Below are positions 51,712 through 61,538 of a DNA stretch of 64,000 nt, in pieces. A program made the translations under genes and the position numbers. Below the pieces are notes generated by a model that had not been told where the DNA came from, made no database searches, and worked only from the letters and a program-made list of their open reading frames with translations. The DNA comes from Thermodesulfobacteriota bacterium (GTDB lineage Bacteria > Desulfobacterota > Desulfarculia > JACQYL01). The DNA lies in the NCBI GenBank assembly GCA_963675595.2, contig CAXXLZ010000001.1:128001-192000 (forward strand). Reading direction: 5' to 3'. The stretch's first letter is position 1, and the number at the start of each line of letters is the position of its first letter.

Positions 51712-54700
51712 ATGGGAAGAAGAAGCTGTTTTATGACGGGGCTTGCCTTGTTTTTTCTCGGGGTGTTCCTTTCGGGCAACGTGATGGCTCAGTACCAGGG
51801 CATCTGGAAGGACGATGTATCCGAGCACGCACATAATTTCTACATTCAACATTATGCGACCGGTTCAACCATCGTCGTTTACACGCAGGACGCCCGAACC
51901 TTTTATGCGTTTATATCGGATATGGCCGACGAGGAGTTCGATGCGTATTCCATGGATCCTGCCCGAAGCAAGCGATTGAATATCGCGTTCTCATCCGACG
52001 AGTCGGGCACGGCAACCATCACCGACAATTCAGAGCCATCGCCACAGCCGGTACAAGTGGCGATCCGCAAAGAATTCAACGCCATACGAACGCAGCATTC
52101 GGGCATATGGAAAGACCCGAGCAACTCGGTCAACATCTATCTCCAGGAATACGAAACCGGATCCACCATCGTGGTGTTCACATTCGACGGCCTGAATTAT
52201 CAAGCCTTTCTGGGATCCATTGACGAGGCGAGCCTCGAAGCCAATAACGTCGCGGATCAGAGCGAAGTGATGACGCTGGATTTCTCCGACATCAGCGCAG
52301 CCTACGTACAGGTTTCCTCCTCGGACATCTCATCCGCGGGTTACCCGGAGGACGGCTTCTCCTATGATATTCTAAAGAAATTTCCGCCCCCTGAATTCGA
52401 CTATTGTTTCACGGCCGACCCTCGTTACGGCACGGCCCCGCTGGATGTCCAGTTTCAAGATTTGTCTCTGGAGAACGCCGCGTCATGGTCCTGGTTTTTT
52501 GGGGACGGGGAGACCAGTTCAGAAAAAGACCCTGTGCACACCTATGCCCAGCCCGGCACGTATAGCGTGTCTTTAGGTGTCAGCTCCCAAAGCGGGTACT
52601 ATTTCTTGGTGGCCCATGATTACATACATGTTTTTGAAACTTCGGATCCGGTCATATCAGGCACGATCACGGTGGCGGAGGGCGGGACGGGGCTTCCCTA
52701 CGCCGACGTCGATTTCAGCAACGGCGGCGGGTCCTGCACGGCCGACGGCGAGGGATACTACGTTCATCAAACATCCGATGGTTGGAGCGGAACGGCGACC
52801 CCGTCTTCCACCGGATACATCTTCGATCCGGCGGACCGCACCTATGTTTATGTCACCTCGGACAAACCGGGCGACGACTACGTAGCCGGCGCTGTGGAAA
52901 CGGTAACCATATCGGGACGGGTGACCACGCCCGGAGGGGGTGCGGAGGATGTGACCATCACACTCAGTAACGGCGCCGGCAACGCGGTTACGGACCTCAA
53001 TGGATACTACAGCGTGCAGGTCCCCAAAGGATGGAGCGGCACCGTTACGCCGTATGCCGAAGACGTCGTGTTTGAGCCTTCCCAACGAGTCTTCAGCCAG
53101 GTCGACTCGAACCAGGTGGACCAGAACTTCTTGGTCTATGTTCAAATAGCGGGGCTCATCGAGACACTTTCCTGCACGCCGTCGCTTGTTCCTATACCTG
53201 CCACCGGTGTGACGGTGGTCGCCGCCCAAGGGAGCGATACATGGACGGCACCGACCAACGCGTCGGGGGCGTATGACTTGCGGGTGCCTTTCGGATTTAC
53301 CGGTGTGGTTACGCCGGAGAAGGAAGGTTGGGTCTTCTCTCCGGACCAGACTGCATATGTGAATCTTTCTTCCAACCAATCCGGTTACTTCCTCGGTTTC
53401 GTATCCGATGCCTACGTCGTGTCCGGGCGGGTGACCGAGGGAGGGGTCGGCCTCGCCGGTGTAACGATAGAATTCAGCAACTCGGGAGGCACCGTCCTAA
53501 CGGACGGCGGCGGCAACTACAGCATGGAATTGGATCCTCTGTGGGGTGGAGTCGTAACCCCGGCTCTGGAGGGATATACCTTCGATCCCCCGAGCGTGTC
53601 ATTTGTTCCCTATCTTCCTTGTGATGTTCCGAATACGGATTTTACGGCCGAGGCTGGAACCGAACCCCAAGTCACCATATCCGGGTATGTTCGAACCGAG
53701 TCGGGCGCGCCTCTCAGTGGAGTTCTATTGACCTTTGGGAGCGCCGGGGAGGCCCAGACCAACACTTCCGGGGCCTATACAAAGACGGTCCCGGTCGGCT
53801 GGAGCGGCACGGTGATTCCGTACAAATCCGACTACTCTTTTTCCCCTTCTTCGAAGACGTTCAGCAACGTTTCGGGCGACCAGACGCAGGATTTCGTGGG
53901 CATGCCCGATTATGTGACCGTGTCGGGCACGGTGGAAACGTCGTCGGGCACCCCCATGAGCGGCGTGGGATTGACGTTCAGCGGTTCCGACGGGACGGTC
54001 ACAACCACCACGGATGCTTCAGGCAATTACAGCCGGCAGGTGTCCTATGGTTGGAGCGGCACGGTGACGCCGTCCAAAACCGGTTACACGTTTTCTCCCG
54101 CTTCCAAGACATTCAGCAATGTAACCGATGACAAGACGCAGGATTTCGTCGGCACGGTACCGGTGATCACCGTCTCGGGAACCGTGTACCAGAATGAAGC
54201 GGGCATCGGCATATCCGGTGTCTCGGGTGTCGCCATCTCCTATACCGGGGGATCAACGACCACCGACGGTTGGGGCTACTATTCCTTTGAAGTGACTTCC
54301 GGCTGGAGCGGCACGGTGACCCCGTCCAAAACGGGATATGATTTCAGTCCTTCCTCCCGAAGTCTCAGCAATGTAACGTCGAATCAGACCGATCAGAACT
54401 TCCTAGGCACCACGCAGATGTTCACCATTTCCGGAACCATTACCGCATCACCCGGAAGCCAGCCCCTGTTCGATACGACCGTTTCCTACAGCGGCGGCTC
54501 CACCAGCACCAACAGCTCCGGGTACTACTCGTTTAATGTGTCCTACGGCTGGAGCGGCACGGTGACGCCGTCCAGGATCGGCTTCAGTTTCAACCCGCCC
54601 TCGCGCTCCTACAGCAACGTCACCTCGGATCAAGCCAACCAGAACTTCGGCGCGGAGTTGGACATGGTAAACGTTACGGGGACCATCACGTCCTCAACCA

Positions 54701-54930
54701 ACGGCCAACCCATGGTGGGAGTCGCGGTGAACAGCACCGGGTCCGGATGGCTGCCGTCGACCACGACAGACGCTTCCGGCAACTACCTCCTGATCCTTGC
54801 AGCGGGAACCAACGCCGTGGTGACGCCGTCCAAGGCCGGTACGACTTTCTCGCCGCCGTCCCGGTCGTATACCAATCTGACCTCGGACCAGACCGGACAG
54901 GATTTCGTCGGCGTTCCGGACATCGAATAG
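51712..54930 (+). CDS. Large exported protein B2, paralogue of B1 with 9 repeats
   Basis: Near-identical N-terminus and upstream region to B1; ends FVGVPDIE. Confidence 0.85.
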   Translation: MGRRSCFMTGLALFFLGVFLSGNVMAQYQGIWKDDVSEHAHNFYIQHYATGSTIVVYTQDARTFYAFISDMADEEFDAYSMDPARSKRLNIAFSSDESGTATITDNSEPSPQPVQVAIRKEFNAIRTQHSGIWKDPSNSVNIYLQEYETGSTIVVFTFDGLNYQAFLGSIDEASLEANNVADQSEVMTLDFSDISAAYVQVSSSDISSAGYPEDGFSYDILKKFPPPEFDYCFTADPRYGTAPLDVQFQDLSLENAASWSWFFGDGETSSEKDPVHTYAQPGTYSVSLGVSSQSGYYFLVAHDYIHVFETSDPVISGTITVAEGGTGLPYADVDFSNGGGSCTADGEGYYVHQTSDGWSGTATPSSTGYIFDPADRTYVYVTSDKPGDDYVAGAVETVTISGRVTTPGGGAEDVTITLSNGAGNAVTDLNGYYSVQVPKGWSGTVTPYAEDVVFEPSQRVFSQVDSNQVDQNFLVYVQIAGLIETLSCTPSLVPIPATGVTVVAAQGSDTWTAPTNASGAYDLRVPFGFTGVVTPEKEGWVFSPDQTAYVNLSSNQSGYFLGFVSDAYVVSGRVTEGGVGLAGVTIEFSNSGGTVLTDGGGNYSMELDPLWGGVVTPALEGYTFDPPSVSFVPYLPCDVPNTDFTAEAGTEPQVTISGYVRTESGAPLSGVLLTFGSAGEAQTNTSGAYTKTVPVGWSGTVIPYKSDYSFSPSSKTFSNVSGDQTQDFVGMPDYVTVSGTVETSSGTPMSGVGLTFSGSDGTVTTTTDASGNYSRQVSYGWSGTVTPSKTGYTFSPASKTFSNVTDDKTQDFVGTVPVITVSGTVYQNEAGIGISGVSGVAISYTGGSTTTDGWGYYSFEVTSGWSGTVTPSKTGYDFSPSSRSLSNVTSNQTDQNFLGTTQMFTISGTITASPGSQPLFDTTVSYSGGSTSTNSSGYYSFNVSYGWSGTVTPSRIGFSFNPPSRSYSNVTSDQANQNFGAELDMVNVTGTITSSTNGQPMVGVAVNSTGSGWLPSTTTDASGNYLLILAAGTNAVVTPSKAGTTFSPPSRSYTNLTSDQTGQDFVGVPDIE

Positions 54931-55107
54931 ACCTGAGCATGGTCCGAAGGCATGCCTTGGGATGAAGAACATGGGAAAGCCGTGCGCGGAAAAACCGCGC
55001 GCACGGCTTCGTGAGGAGGGGCCGATTTTCCGCTCGATCCGGCTGATGCACAGCAGCCGACCGCCGGGTAAGAGTCAATGGTATTCCTGATTGTTTGTCG
55101 GACTACG

Positions 55108-55722
55108 TCAGTTCTTCTCAAGGTAGTCTCGTATGATCCGCTCCGCTTCTTGTTCCAATAAGGGACCGGAAACCGTGATCTTGCGGTCGCCCTGGGAAAA
55201 GATGGGTCTCGCGGGTATTTCCGCCTTGAAACCGGAAAGGGCTTCCAGTCGCTCGGTCGACAACCCGTACACGACTCCGCTGATTCCGGCCATATAGATG
55301 GCCCCACAACACATGGGGCAGGGCTCCGCACTGGTGTACAGGGTGGCCCCGTGCAGTGTCTTGGGGCCGTACTCCCTGGAAACAGCGGCGATCAGGTTGG
55401 TTTCGGCATGATGGGTCGTGTTCTGGTCGGTATTGACCGTATTTCGAGAAGTCATGATAATGCGGCCGTCTTTGACCAGCAGCGCTCCGAAGGGTTCATT
55501 GCCCTCGTCTACGGCGGTTTGGGCCAGGGTGAAGCACCGGCGCATCAGCGAGGCATCGTCCAAGTTCAAGGCCCCGGATTCGCCGGCCTCGCCGGCCGAA
55601 GCCGTCCCGTAAAACGAAAGAACCAGTAGAATCGAAACTCCCAGACGTTTCAGCAGGAGATTCCTTGGGAATCCCCTGGCGGGTTGTCTTTCCGCCGATC
55701 CCGGTTCCTGAGCCGTGTTCAT
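55108..55722 (-). CDS. Zinc-dependent nucleoside/guanine deaminase with N-terminal signal-like segment
   Basis: GNEPFGALLV, HAE, EPCPMC. Confidence 0.88.
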   Translation of the reverse strand: MNTAQEPGSAERQPARGFPRNLLLKRLGVSILLVLSFYGTASAGEAGESGALNLDDASLMRRCFTLAQTAVDEGNEPFGALLVKDGRIIMTSRNTVNTDQNTTHHAETNLIAAVSREYGPKTLHGATLYTSAEPCPMCCGAIYMAGISGVVYGLSTERLEALSGFKAEIPARPIFSQGDRKITVSGPLLEQEAERIIRDYLEKN

Positions 55723-55760
55723 ACGCAAGCCCCCAATTTTGGTGAGAATCCATTGTAATC

Positions 55761-55933
55761 ATTCACGGGGTGGACTTTTCTATTGGTTGCCCGGGGGAAC
55801 ACCGTTCCCCCGGACCCCCTTCGCGGGTTCCGTCCCTTTCGGGGCGAAGCCGAACTTGGGAATTCCTTTGCCCATTCAGCGGATGTAGGAAACATTGGGA
55901 ATTGGTAAGGCAACCCGGTTTCCCCCCGTGAAT
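55761..55933. repeat. Hairpin-type repeat element (ATTCACGGGG...CCCCGTGAAT)
   Basis: 10-bp terminal inverted repeats and internal CCGGGGGAACACC shared with 59129-59201. Confidence 0.65.
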
Positions 55934-55937
55934 ACGC

Positions 55938-56859
55938 GTGCGCCAGGCGAAGCTCTGGCGATCCTGGCGGATGAAAGTTCCGCCCGCGGTAATTGCCTGT
56001 TCACCGCGAAGTCGCCGGCCCGGCGCGCAGGGGTAACCCGAGGCGTCAAGCGGGCCGGAAAAGGCCGTAAGGTCAGATAGAGTGCAGGCCGTAACGCAAG
56101 TGAACTCGCTTCGGCCTCGTTACACGCATGGCGGCGGTGACCTTCCACGTATATGGGGAAACCTGCCAATGGTGCGATGGGAAAACAGGAGCGTCGCACC
56201 ATGCCGCCCGGGGCGTTTGGAGACGGCATGTACTCGAAGGAGCGCCGGGGAACCCGGGAGACCCGGCGGGACGGGCAGGGCGGCAGGTAGCCCGAGTCCA
56301 AACGGCGGCGGGGAATACATAACCCGCTGCACGGTCCCGGCCGGGAGTCGGACTTGCCCATAGTAGCGAAGAAGTCCTGGAAACAGGATGGAGCCAAGGG
56401 GCAGGACTTTGATCGTGTTTCGGACGAATGGAGGAAGAACCGCTTGGACGGAAAACGTCCCACTACGGATCGGGTCAAGCCGGAAAATGGAGTGGCCGCC
56501 AAAGTCTCCCTTCTTCGGATGAAACTGGGCCTCAAGGCCAAGCAAGAACCGGCCACAACCGGTTCCGTCGATTCATGAAGACGAGGAGCCACCGGCGCTG
56601 TCAACACCTGGACGGGCCGTCGCTGTATGCGGCGCTGCGCACGAAAGGGGTGGTCTACCTGCATGAGAAAGCCGTCAACTCCTTGCGAATGCCTTGTCGC
56701 TGAAAGGTCATCGGAGAGCCGGATACGGGAAATCCGCACGTCCGGTTCGACGAGGGGGCGCTGTCGGTAAGTAAGATTAGACGACACGTAGTAGCTGCGT
56801 GCAGCGAGGCGTCACTAAAAGTCGGCCTGAACTCCTTTGCCGTCAGGGCTCTACTCTAC
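55938..56859 (+). mobile_element. Group II intron with internally deleted reverse transcriptase/maturase ORF
   Basis: 5' GTGCG; domain V GAGCCGGATACGGGAAATCCGCACGTCCGGTTC (~56716-56748); domain VI ending CTACTCTAC; IEP remnants KLGLKAKQEP and RFRRFMKTRSHRR...SLYAALRTKGVVYL. Confidence 0.9.
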
Positions 56860-57225
56860 ACAATCCATTTCCCGACCGCTCCCCCGGCATACGGGAGCAA
56901 CCGCCTCACAACCACTCTATTTCATAGGAAGGGAATACGGACATTGCAGAGTCAGGATAGAGCATGAAGTCGGCAAGAGCAACAGGCCATGGATTCGGTG
57001 GGCATTCCATGTATGGAATCAACACCTATTCGCTTGACGGATGAATCGCTGAAGTCCCGGAAGCGTACCCGACTATTGACTACGGGCTCCCGCATAGCGC
57101 GGTTCACGGGGTTGCGTTTCATCCTTCTTTTTCAGGGGGCCGGGTATTGTCCACTCGAACAGCGAACATCGCCTAATGAAGCGAAGAACCGGTCGTCATC
57201 CCGGCTCGTAACCAATGCACCCTCA

Positions 57226-57528
57226 TCAATCCACTGCGGGATAGTGCAGGGACACGGTGAATCGGCCCGAATGGTCGGGGATGTCGAGCCTGAGCTCGGC
57301 TGTTCCGGGCAGGGTGGGGTCCAGGTGCAAGGCATAGGGGTTGCCGAAGACGTCCATGGATGCGGCGACGCCGTGTTGACTGTCGGAGTCCAGGAAGGCC
57401 CACAGTTGCCCCGAGGCTGTGAACACCACCACCAGGCAAGTGCCCGGGTCGTAGTGCCGAACCAAAAGGTGCAATTCGTGGTCCTCCGTTTTCCAAAGAC
57501 CATCGGAAGGCTGCGTGGAAGCCGTCAA
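57226..57528 (-). CDS. Stand-alone (possibly fragmentary) GxWK beta domain related to those in proteins A and B
   Basis: DGLWKTEDHELHLLVRHYDPGTCLVVVFTASGQLWAFLD vs DGVWKDG...NFYVQTYATGSTLIIASPDGDTAYAFLD; TTG start, no signal peptide. Confidence 0.6.
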   Translation of the reverse strand: MTASTQPSDGLWKTEDHELHLLVRHYDPGTCLVVVFTASGQLWAFLDSDSQHGVAASMDVFGNPYALHLDPTLPGTAELRLDIPDHSGRFTVSLHYPAVD

Positions 57529-57742
57529 TTGGGAATTCCCGTCATTTTATTAACGGGCGAGGCGAGAGGATCCGGCCCCGGCAACGCAGATGAGTTTCTG
57601 CGTTCGAACGCTCGTCCCCAGCTCACGTCGGCACGCCCGTGTTTTTCCAATCCGACCGGACTTTGTATATTCGTCTCCTATTTTGTATAATATTTGATCT
57701 AGTAGAATACTGTTTTATTCCATGCACAGGAGCTGGGAAGAA

Positions 57743-58495
57743 ATGGAAAACAAAATTGTGATTATCGGAACGGAACCGCCGTGTCCTCGGTGTGATTATG
57801 TCACGCGCATGGTCCAAGACATCGTCGCGGAGATGGGGCTTGATGCGTCGGTTCGGCACATTGCCTACACTGGTGACGAGGCGCGCGGGATCGCCGAAAA
57901 ATGCGGGCTTTTACCCGGCACGGCCAAAGATGTCGCAAAAACGGTCGCCGTGACGGTGGATTGGGACAGGGTGTATGCTCTGATTGGAGAAACGTCGCCT
58001 GAGCCGGATCAGGCCTCCTGCTGCGGCACGCCGGGGCAAAGGTGGTCTCCGGCGCTCGACGAGGCGTTACGACCATGCGAAGAGAGGGCCCTGGAGGCCG
58101 GCATCATGATGACGCCCGTGCTGGTGATCAACGGGAAGAGCGTTCATCAGGGCAGCGTCCCCGAACGAGCACAAGTCGTCCAATGGATCAAAGAAGCCTT
58201 TGAAGCGGCGTCCGATACGGGCGAAGGTCGAGACGTCGTGGAGATTCTGGGTGTTGGGTGCAAGAGATGTGATACACTCTATGAAAGAGTCGCATCCGTC
58301 ATAACCGAAATGGGGATCACCGACAGGGTGGCCTTGAAGAAACGATCCGACATCGGCTACTTTGCGGAAAAAGGGGTGACCATGACCCCGGGACTGGTCA
58401 TTAACGGACAAGTCGTGTCCATGGGGCGACTTCCGGATTCCGAGCAGCTTCGCCGCGATATCGACAAATATCTGGATTTGAGTGGGAACAAGTAG
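57743..58495 (+). CDS. Tandem thioredoxin-like (small redox-active disulfide) domain protein
   Basis: PPCPRC...MTPVLVING and LGVGCKRC...MTPGLVING. Confidence 0.85.
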   Translation: MENKIVIIGTEPPCPRCDYVTRMVQDIVAEMGLDASVRHIAYTGDEARGIAEKCGLLPGTAKDVAKTVAVTVDWDRVYALIGETSPEPDQASCCGTPGQRWSPALDEALRPCEERALEAGIMMTPVLVINGKSVHQGSVPERAQVVQWIKEAFEAASDTGEGRDVVEILGVGCKRCDTLYERVASVITEMGITDRVALKKRSDIGYFAEKGVTMTPGLVINGQVVSMGRLPDSEQLRRDIDKYLDLSGNK

Positions 58496-58504
58496 GGAGG
58501 AACC

Positions 58505-59113
58505 ATGAACGGAGACGCCAAAACCATCAATGAGATACTCGAATCGCTGATTCAAACGGCACGCGAAAAAGGAGCGAGCGATGCCCAAGCGGTTTCGGCC
58601 GCGGACGTGACGGTGGATGAATCGTTGACCAATTTCTGCAAGGATTCCGGATGCGAGAACTACGGCCTTGCCGCCTCTTGCCCGCCCCACGTTTCCGGAC
58701 CCGCGGGTTTTAAAGAGCTGCTGAAGGATTACGCCCGGGCGGTGGTGTTCAAGATCGACGCTCCCACCGAGACCCTTCTCTCCAAAGAAAGCCTCAATCT
58801 GTTCCGGTCGCTGCACAAGATCGCGTCCGGTGTTGAAAAGGCGGCCATCGACCTGGGATACACTCGTTCAAAGGCTTTTGCCGGTGGATCCTGTAAGCTC
58901 TTGTTCTGTCCCGATCACCCGGATTGTCCGGTTCTGTCGGACAACGGTGACTGTCGCCATCCGCAAATTGCCCGGCCGTCCATGTCCGGCTTCGGCATCA
59001 ACGTCTCCCGGCTCATGAAGGCGGCGGGATGGGAAATGGACCGGATCACGCGAGAGACGGACCCGGAGGCGGTGAAAATGGGTATGCTCTGCGGACTCGT
59101 GTTGATCGGTTGA
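58505..59113 (+). CDS. DUF2284-type Cys-rich metal-binding protein
   Basis: C...GCENYG...CPP, AGGSCK...C...C...CRHP..ARPSMSGFGINV. Confidence 0.85.
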   Translation: MNGDAKTINEILESLIQTAREKGASDAQAVSAADVTVDESLTNFCKDSGCENYGLAASCPPHVSGPAGFKELLKDYARAVVFKIDAPTETLLSKESLNLFRSLHKIASGVEKAAIDLGYTRSKAFAGGSCKLLFCPDHPDCPVLSDNGDCRHPQIARPSMSGFGINVSRLMKAAGWEMDRITRETDPEAVKMGMLCGLVLIG

Positions 59114-59128
59114 TCATGGAAGTCAGCC

Positions 59129-59201
59129 ATTCACGGGGGGGCCTTTGTATTGGGTCACACCGTCTCCGGGGGAACACCATCACCCGGGATACCCCGTGAA
59201 T
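59129..59201. repeat. Short copy of the ATTCACGGGG...CCCCGTGAAT element
   Basis: Same termini and core as 55761-55933. Confidence 0.65.
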
Positions 59202-59224
59202 ACCTGTTTAGGTAAGGCCGTCAA

Positions 59225-59980
59225 ATGCCCGACCTCATCCTGACCCTCTGTCTCTTGGGAGCTTTCTCCCTTTTCCCTCTCATCATTCGATTCGGCCGTG
59301 CTTCAATACAGGAGCGATCCCGGTACAAATCCGGGCAGGTCGGCATGTTTATCTACCGTAATCACCTAGTCAAGGGATACGAAAATTATGACGGCCTGGA
59401 CCGTTTGATGAGCAGGATGATGATTCATCGGGACGATACCGGACATATGGTTTCAAGAATTTGCTTCGACCCTTCCGGGGCCATGCTGAAACGCTTTGAA
59501 TACGAAGTGGACAAGAACGGATTGATGACCAAAAAGACTCGGTTTGACCGGGACAATCAAATGTCGTGGTATGCGGTCTATCAATACGACGAAGTTGGAC
59601 ATCGGACCGAGCAGTGCAACTATCATCCTCAGGGTTCCCCTACAACAAAGGTGACTTTCTACTATGATTCACTTGGAGAACGGATCCGGAATGAAGTCTA
59701 TGATGCCGAGGGTCGCCCCATAAAGATCCACATCTATCTGTATGATGAACGACACCGAAGGATAAGGGATCTGACCTTCGATTTAACGGGTGAGATTCTA
59801 GGCGGCACCAAGTATTTTTACGGAGACTCGGGCTTTATCTTCAGAATCGAGTACATCGATAAGAACGGCGGACTGGAGGGTTATAACGAAATTGATTGTG
59901 ATTCCGATGGAAACCGTCTGGTGAAAAGAGATTACGATTCAAGTGGAACTCTGAAATCAACAACAAAATATCTATACTAA
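59225..59980 (+). CDS. Membrane-anchored protein with YD/RHS-like repeats
   Basis: N-terminal TM helix; repeated Y.YD..G.R......YD..G units. Confidence 0.75.
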   Translation: MPDLILTLCLLGAFSLFPLIIRFGRASIQERSRYKSGQVGMFIYRNHLVKGYENYDGLDRLMSRMMIHRDDTGHMVSRICFDPSGAMLKRFEYEVDKNGLMTKKTRFDRDNQMSWYAVYQYDEVGHRTEQCNYHPQGSPTTKVTFYYDSLGERIRNEVYDAEGRPIKIHIYLYDERHRRIRDLTFDLTGEILGGTKYFYGDSGFIFRIEYIDKNGGLEGYNEIDCDSDGNRLVKRDYDSSGTLKSTTKYLY

Positions 59981-60055
59981 CGCAAGATGTCACGGCGGGC
60001 CATAAGCCTCCTTCCTTTGCCTGGTGCCCCGGGTTGGGTTTCGAACCGAATCCAT

Positions 60056-61318
60056 CTAAAACAACAGGCTCCGGGCGCCGACGGCGGGATCATAGGACAG
60101 GGGGGAGTTGAGCCGGATTTCCTTGATGGTCTCCTCTTGATCGAAGCCGTAGGGGTGACTGGACGGTGAGTTTGCATAGTACCAGTCCGCATCGTTTTCG
60201 GCTACGCCCTGTATGTCACGCAATCCCGGCATTTCCACGAACCCGAAACGGTCATGGGAGCGGACCCACTGCCATGCGTATTCCAGAAAGGCGTTGCGCT
60301 CCTCCTTTTCCAGCCGAGCGAACCAGGTCACCTCGTCGCATCCCCAAACGCATTCCGGCTTGATGCACGCTCCTGGAACGTCCCCCGCGTAGCCGTGGTC
60401 GAATTCGACGAGATATAAGGCGCGTGAGGTGTACCGTCCATCCGGTGCTTCGCCGCCTTTGGTCAATCCGTAAACGGCATCCAAGAACCCCATTTCCAGA
60501 ACGCCCTCGTTGGTTTGACTCCCGTCCACTTCTTTCACGCGAAGTGGGTATTCACAGAAATCCAGCAGCAACCTTCCCCCCCGCACAATGCCGTGCGTAT
60601 GCGCATTGAGCAACACCACACCACGGCGCGCGTGCTGTGCGGCATAGTTGCGAATCAGAGTCGCCAGATCCTCCAGATGGGCATAGTCGGAGTCGCACTC
60701 GCACATCCATTCCAATTGCCCCAGGTGGAGTGCTTCAATGCCGGCGCTGATATAAGAGGCGGCCTGGTAGAACATCCACATCCGCGTTTCGAGCCGAGAG
60801 ACGTCGGGGACCGAGGCATTCTCAGGATATCCTTCGATGACCGGACTTTGACAGGAGAAGAGCATGCTCTCATAGTCGAAGTTTCTGCTTTGGACCGGAA
60901 CCTCGAACCACTCGAACACCCAGGAGGGTACGGCCACGTTTTCAACACCGTCGGTCACGAATTCGAATATGGCCGCCTCGAGCAGGATTTCGGGATCTAC
61001 TGCGTGAATCATCTGAATTCTAGCGGGGAGTGCCGCCACTTGGGCGGGAAAAACACTCTCGTTGCCCCAAATGAGTGTGGTGCGTCCCAGAAACTTAGCT
61101 CCCAAATTTGACACAAAGCGGATGTTTTCTTCCAGATATAGGTCTTTTTCGTCCAGCATGTTGGACATGGTTATGGCTCGAGACAGGTAATTGGACAGAA
61201 CTCGACGCCCGATGTTTCCCTGGAATGCGAAAGGGGATTGGGCCGCAACCTCGGCGGGGAAGGCCGACAGAAGAAGGCAGATACAAAGGACTATCCGGGC
61301 GGTGCCGCCGTTCGGCAT
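60056..61318 (-). CDS. Exported conserved hypothetical protein
   Basis: Signal peptide; LSNYLSRAITM, GAKFLGR, PDVSRLETRMW, GIEALHLGQ, YLVEFD, WGCDEVTWF. Confidence 0.75.
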   Translation of the reverse strand: MPNGGTARIVLCICLLLSAFPAEVAAQSPFAFQGNIGRRVLSNYLSRAITMSNMLDEKDLYLEENIRFVSNLGAKFLGRTTLIWGNESVFPAQVAALPARIQMIHAVDPEILLEAAIFEFVTDGVENVAVPSWVFEWFEVPVQSRNFDYESMLFSCQSPVIEGYPENASVPDVSRLETRMWMFYQAASYISAGIEALHLGQLEWMCECDSDYAHLEDLATLIRNYAAQHARRGVVLLNAHTHGIVRGGRLLLDFCEYPLRVKEVDGSQTNEGVLEMGFLDAVYGLTKGGEAPDGRYTSRALYLVEFDHGYAGDVPGACIKPECVWGCDEVTWFARLEKEERNAFLEYAWQWVRSHDRFGFVEMPGLRDIQGVAENDADWYYANSPSSHPYGFDQEETIKEIRLNSPLSYDPAVGARSLLF

Positions 61319-61538
61319 GAGTCTGGAGGATTCGCACGGTGATCGGTGATTTCGCACCGGCATTTCAGCTCCTCAACCACGGTCGTCTTCAGCGAAGATA
61401 ACGCATTTCTTAACGTTGGAATGCACTTGGGTCAAGGACTTTGCCCAAGATTCAGCATAACGGCCGAGAAGAGAAAAGAAGCCTCCCGGGAGCGGAGCGG
61501 CTCCGTTTCCCCCGGTTCCCCTCGGCTCTCATCGGAGA

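Noticed and set aside
40700-54930. CRISPR-like or non-coding repeat array (recurring GGCTGGAGCGGCACGGTGACGCC)
   Set aside because: The repeats are in-frame codons for GWSGTVTP inside protein domains about 240 bp apart.
37834-56859. Diversity-generating retroelement acting on the surface proteins
   Set aside because: Differences are not adenine-specific, there is no TR/VR pair, and the only RT trace is a deleted group II intron IEP.
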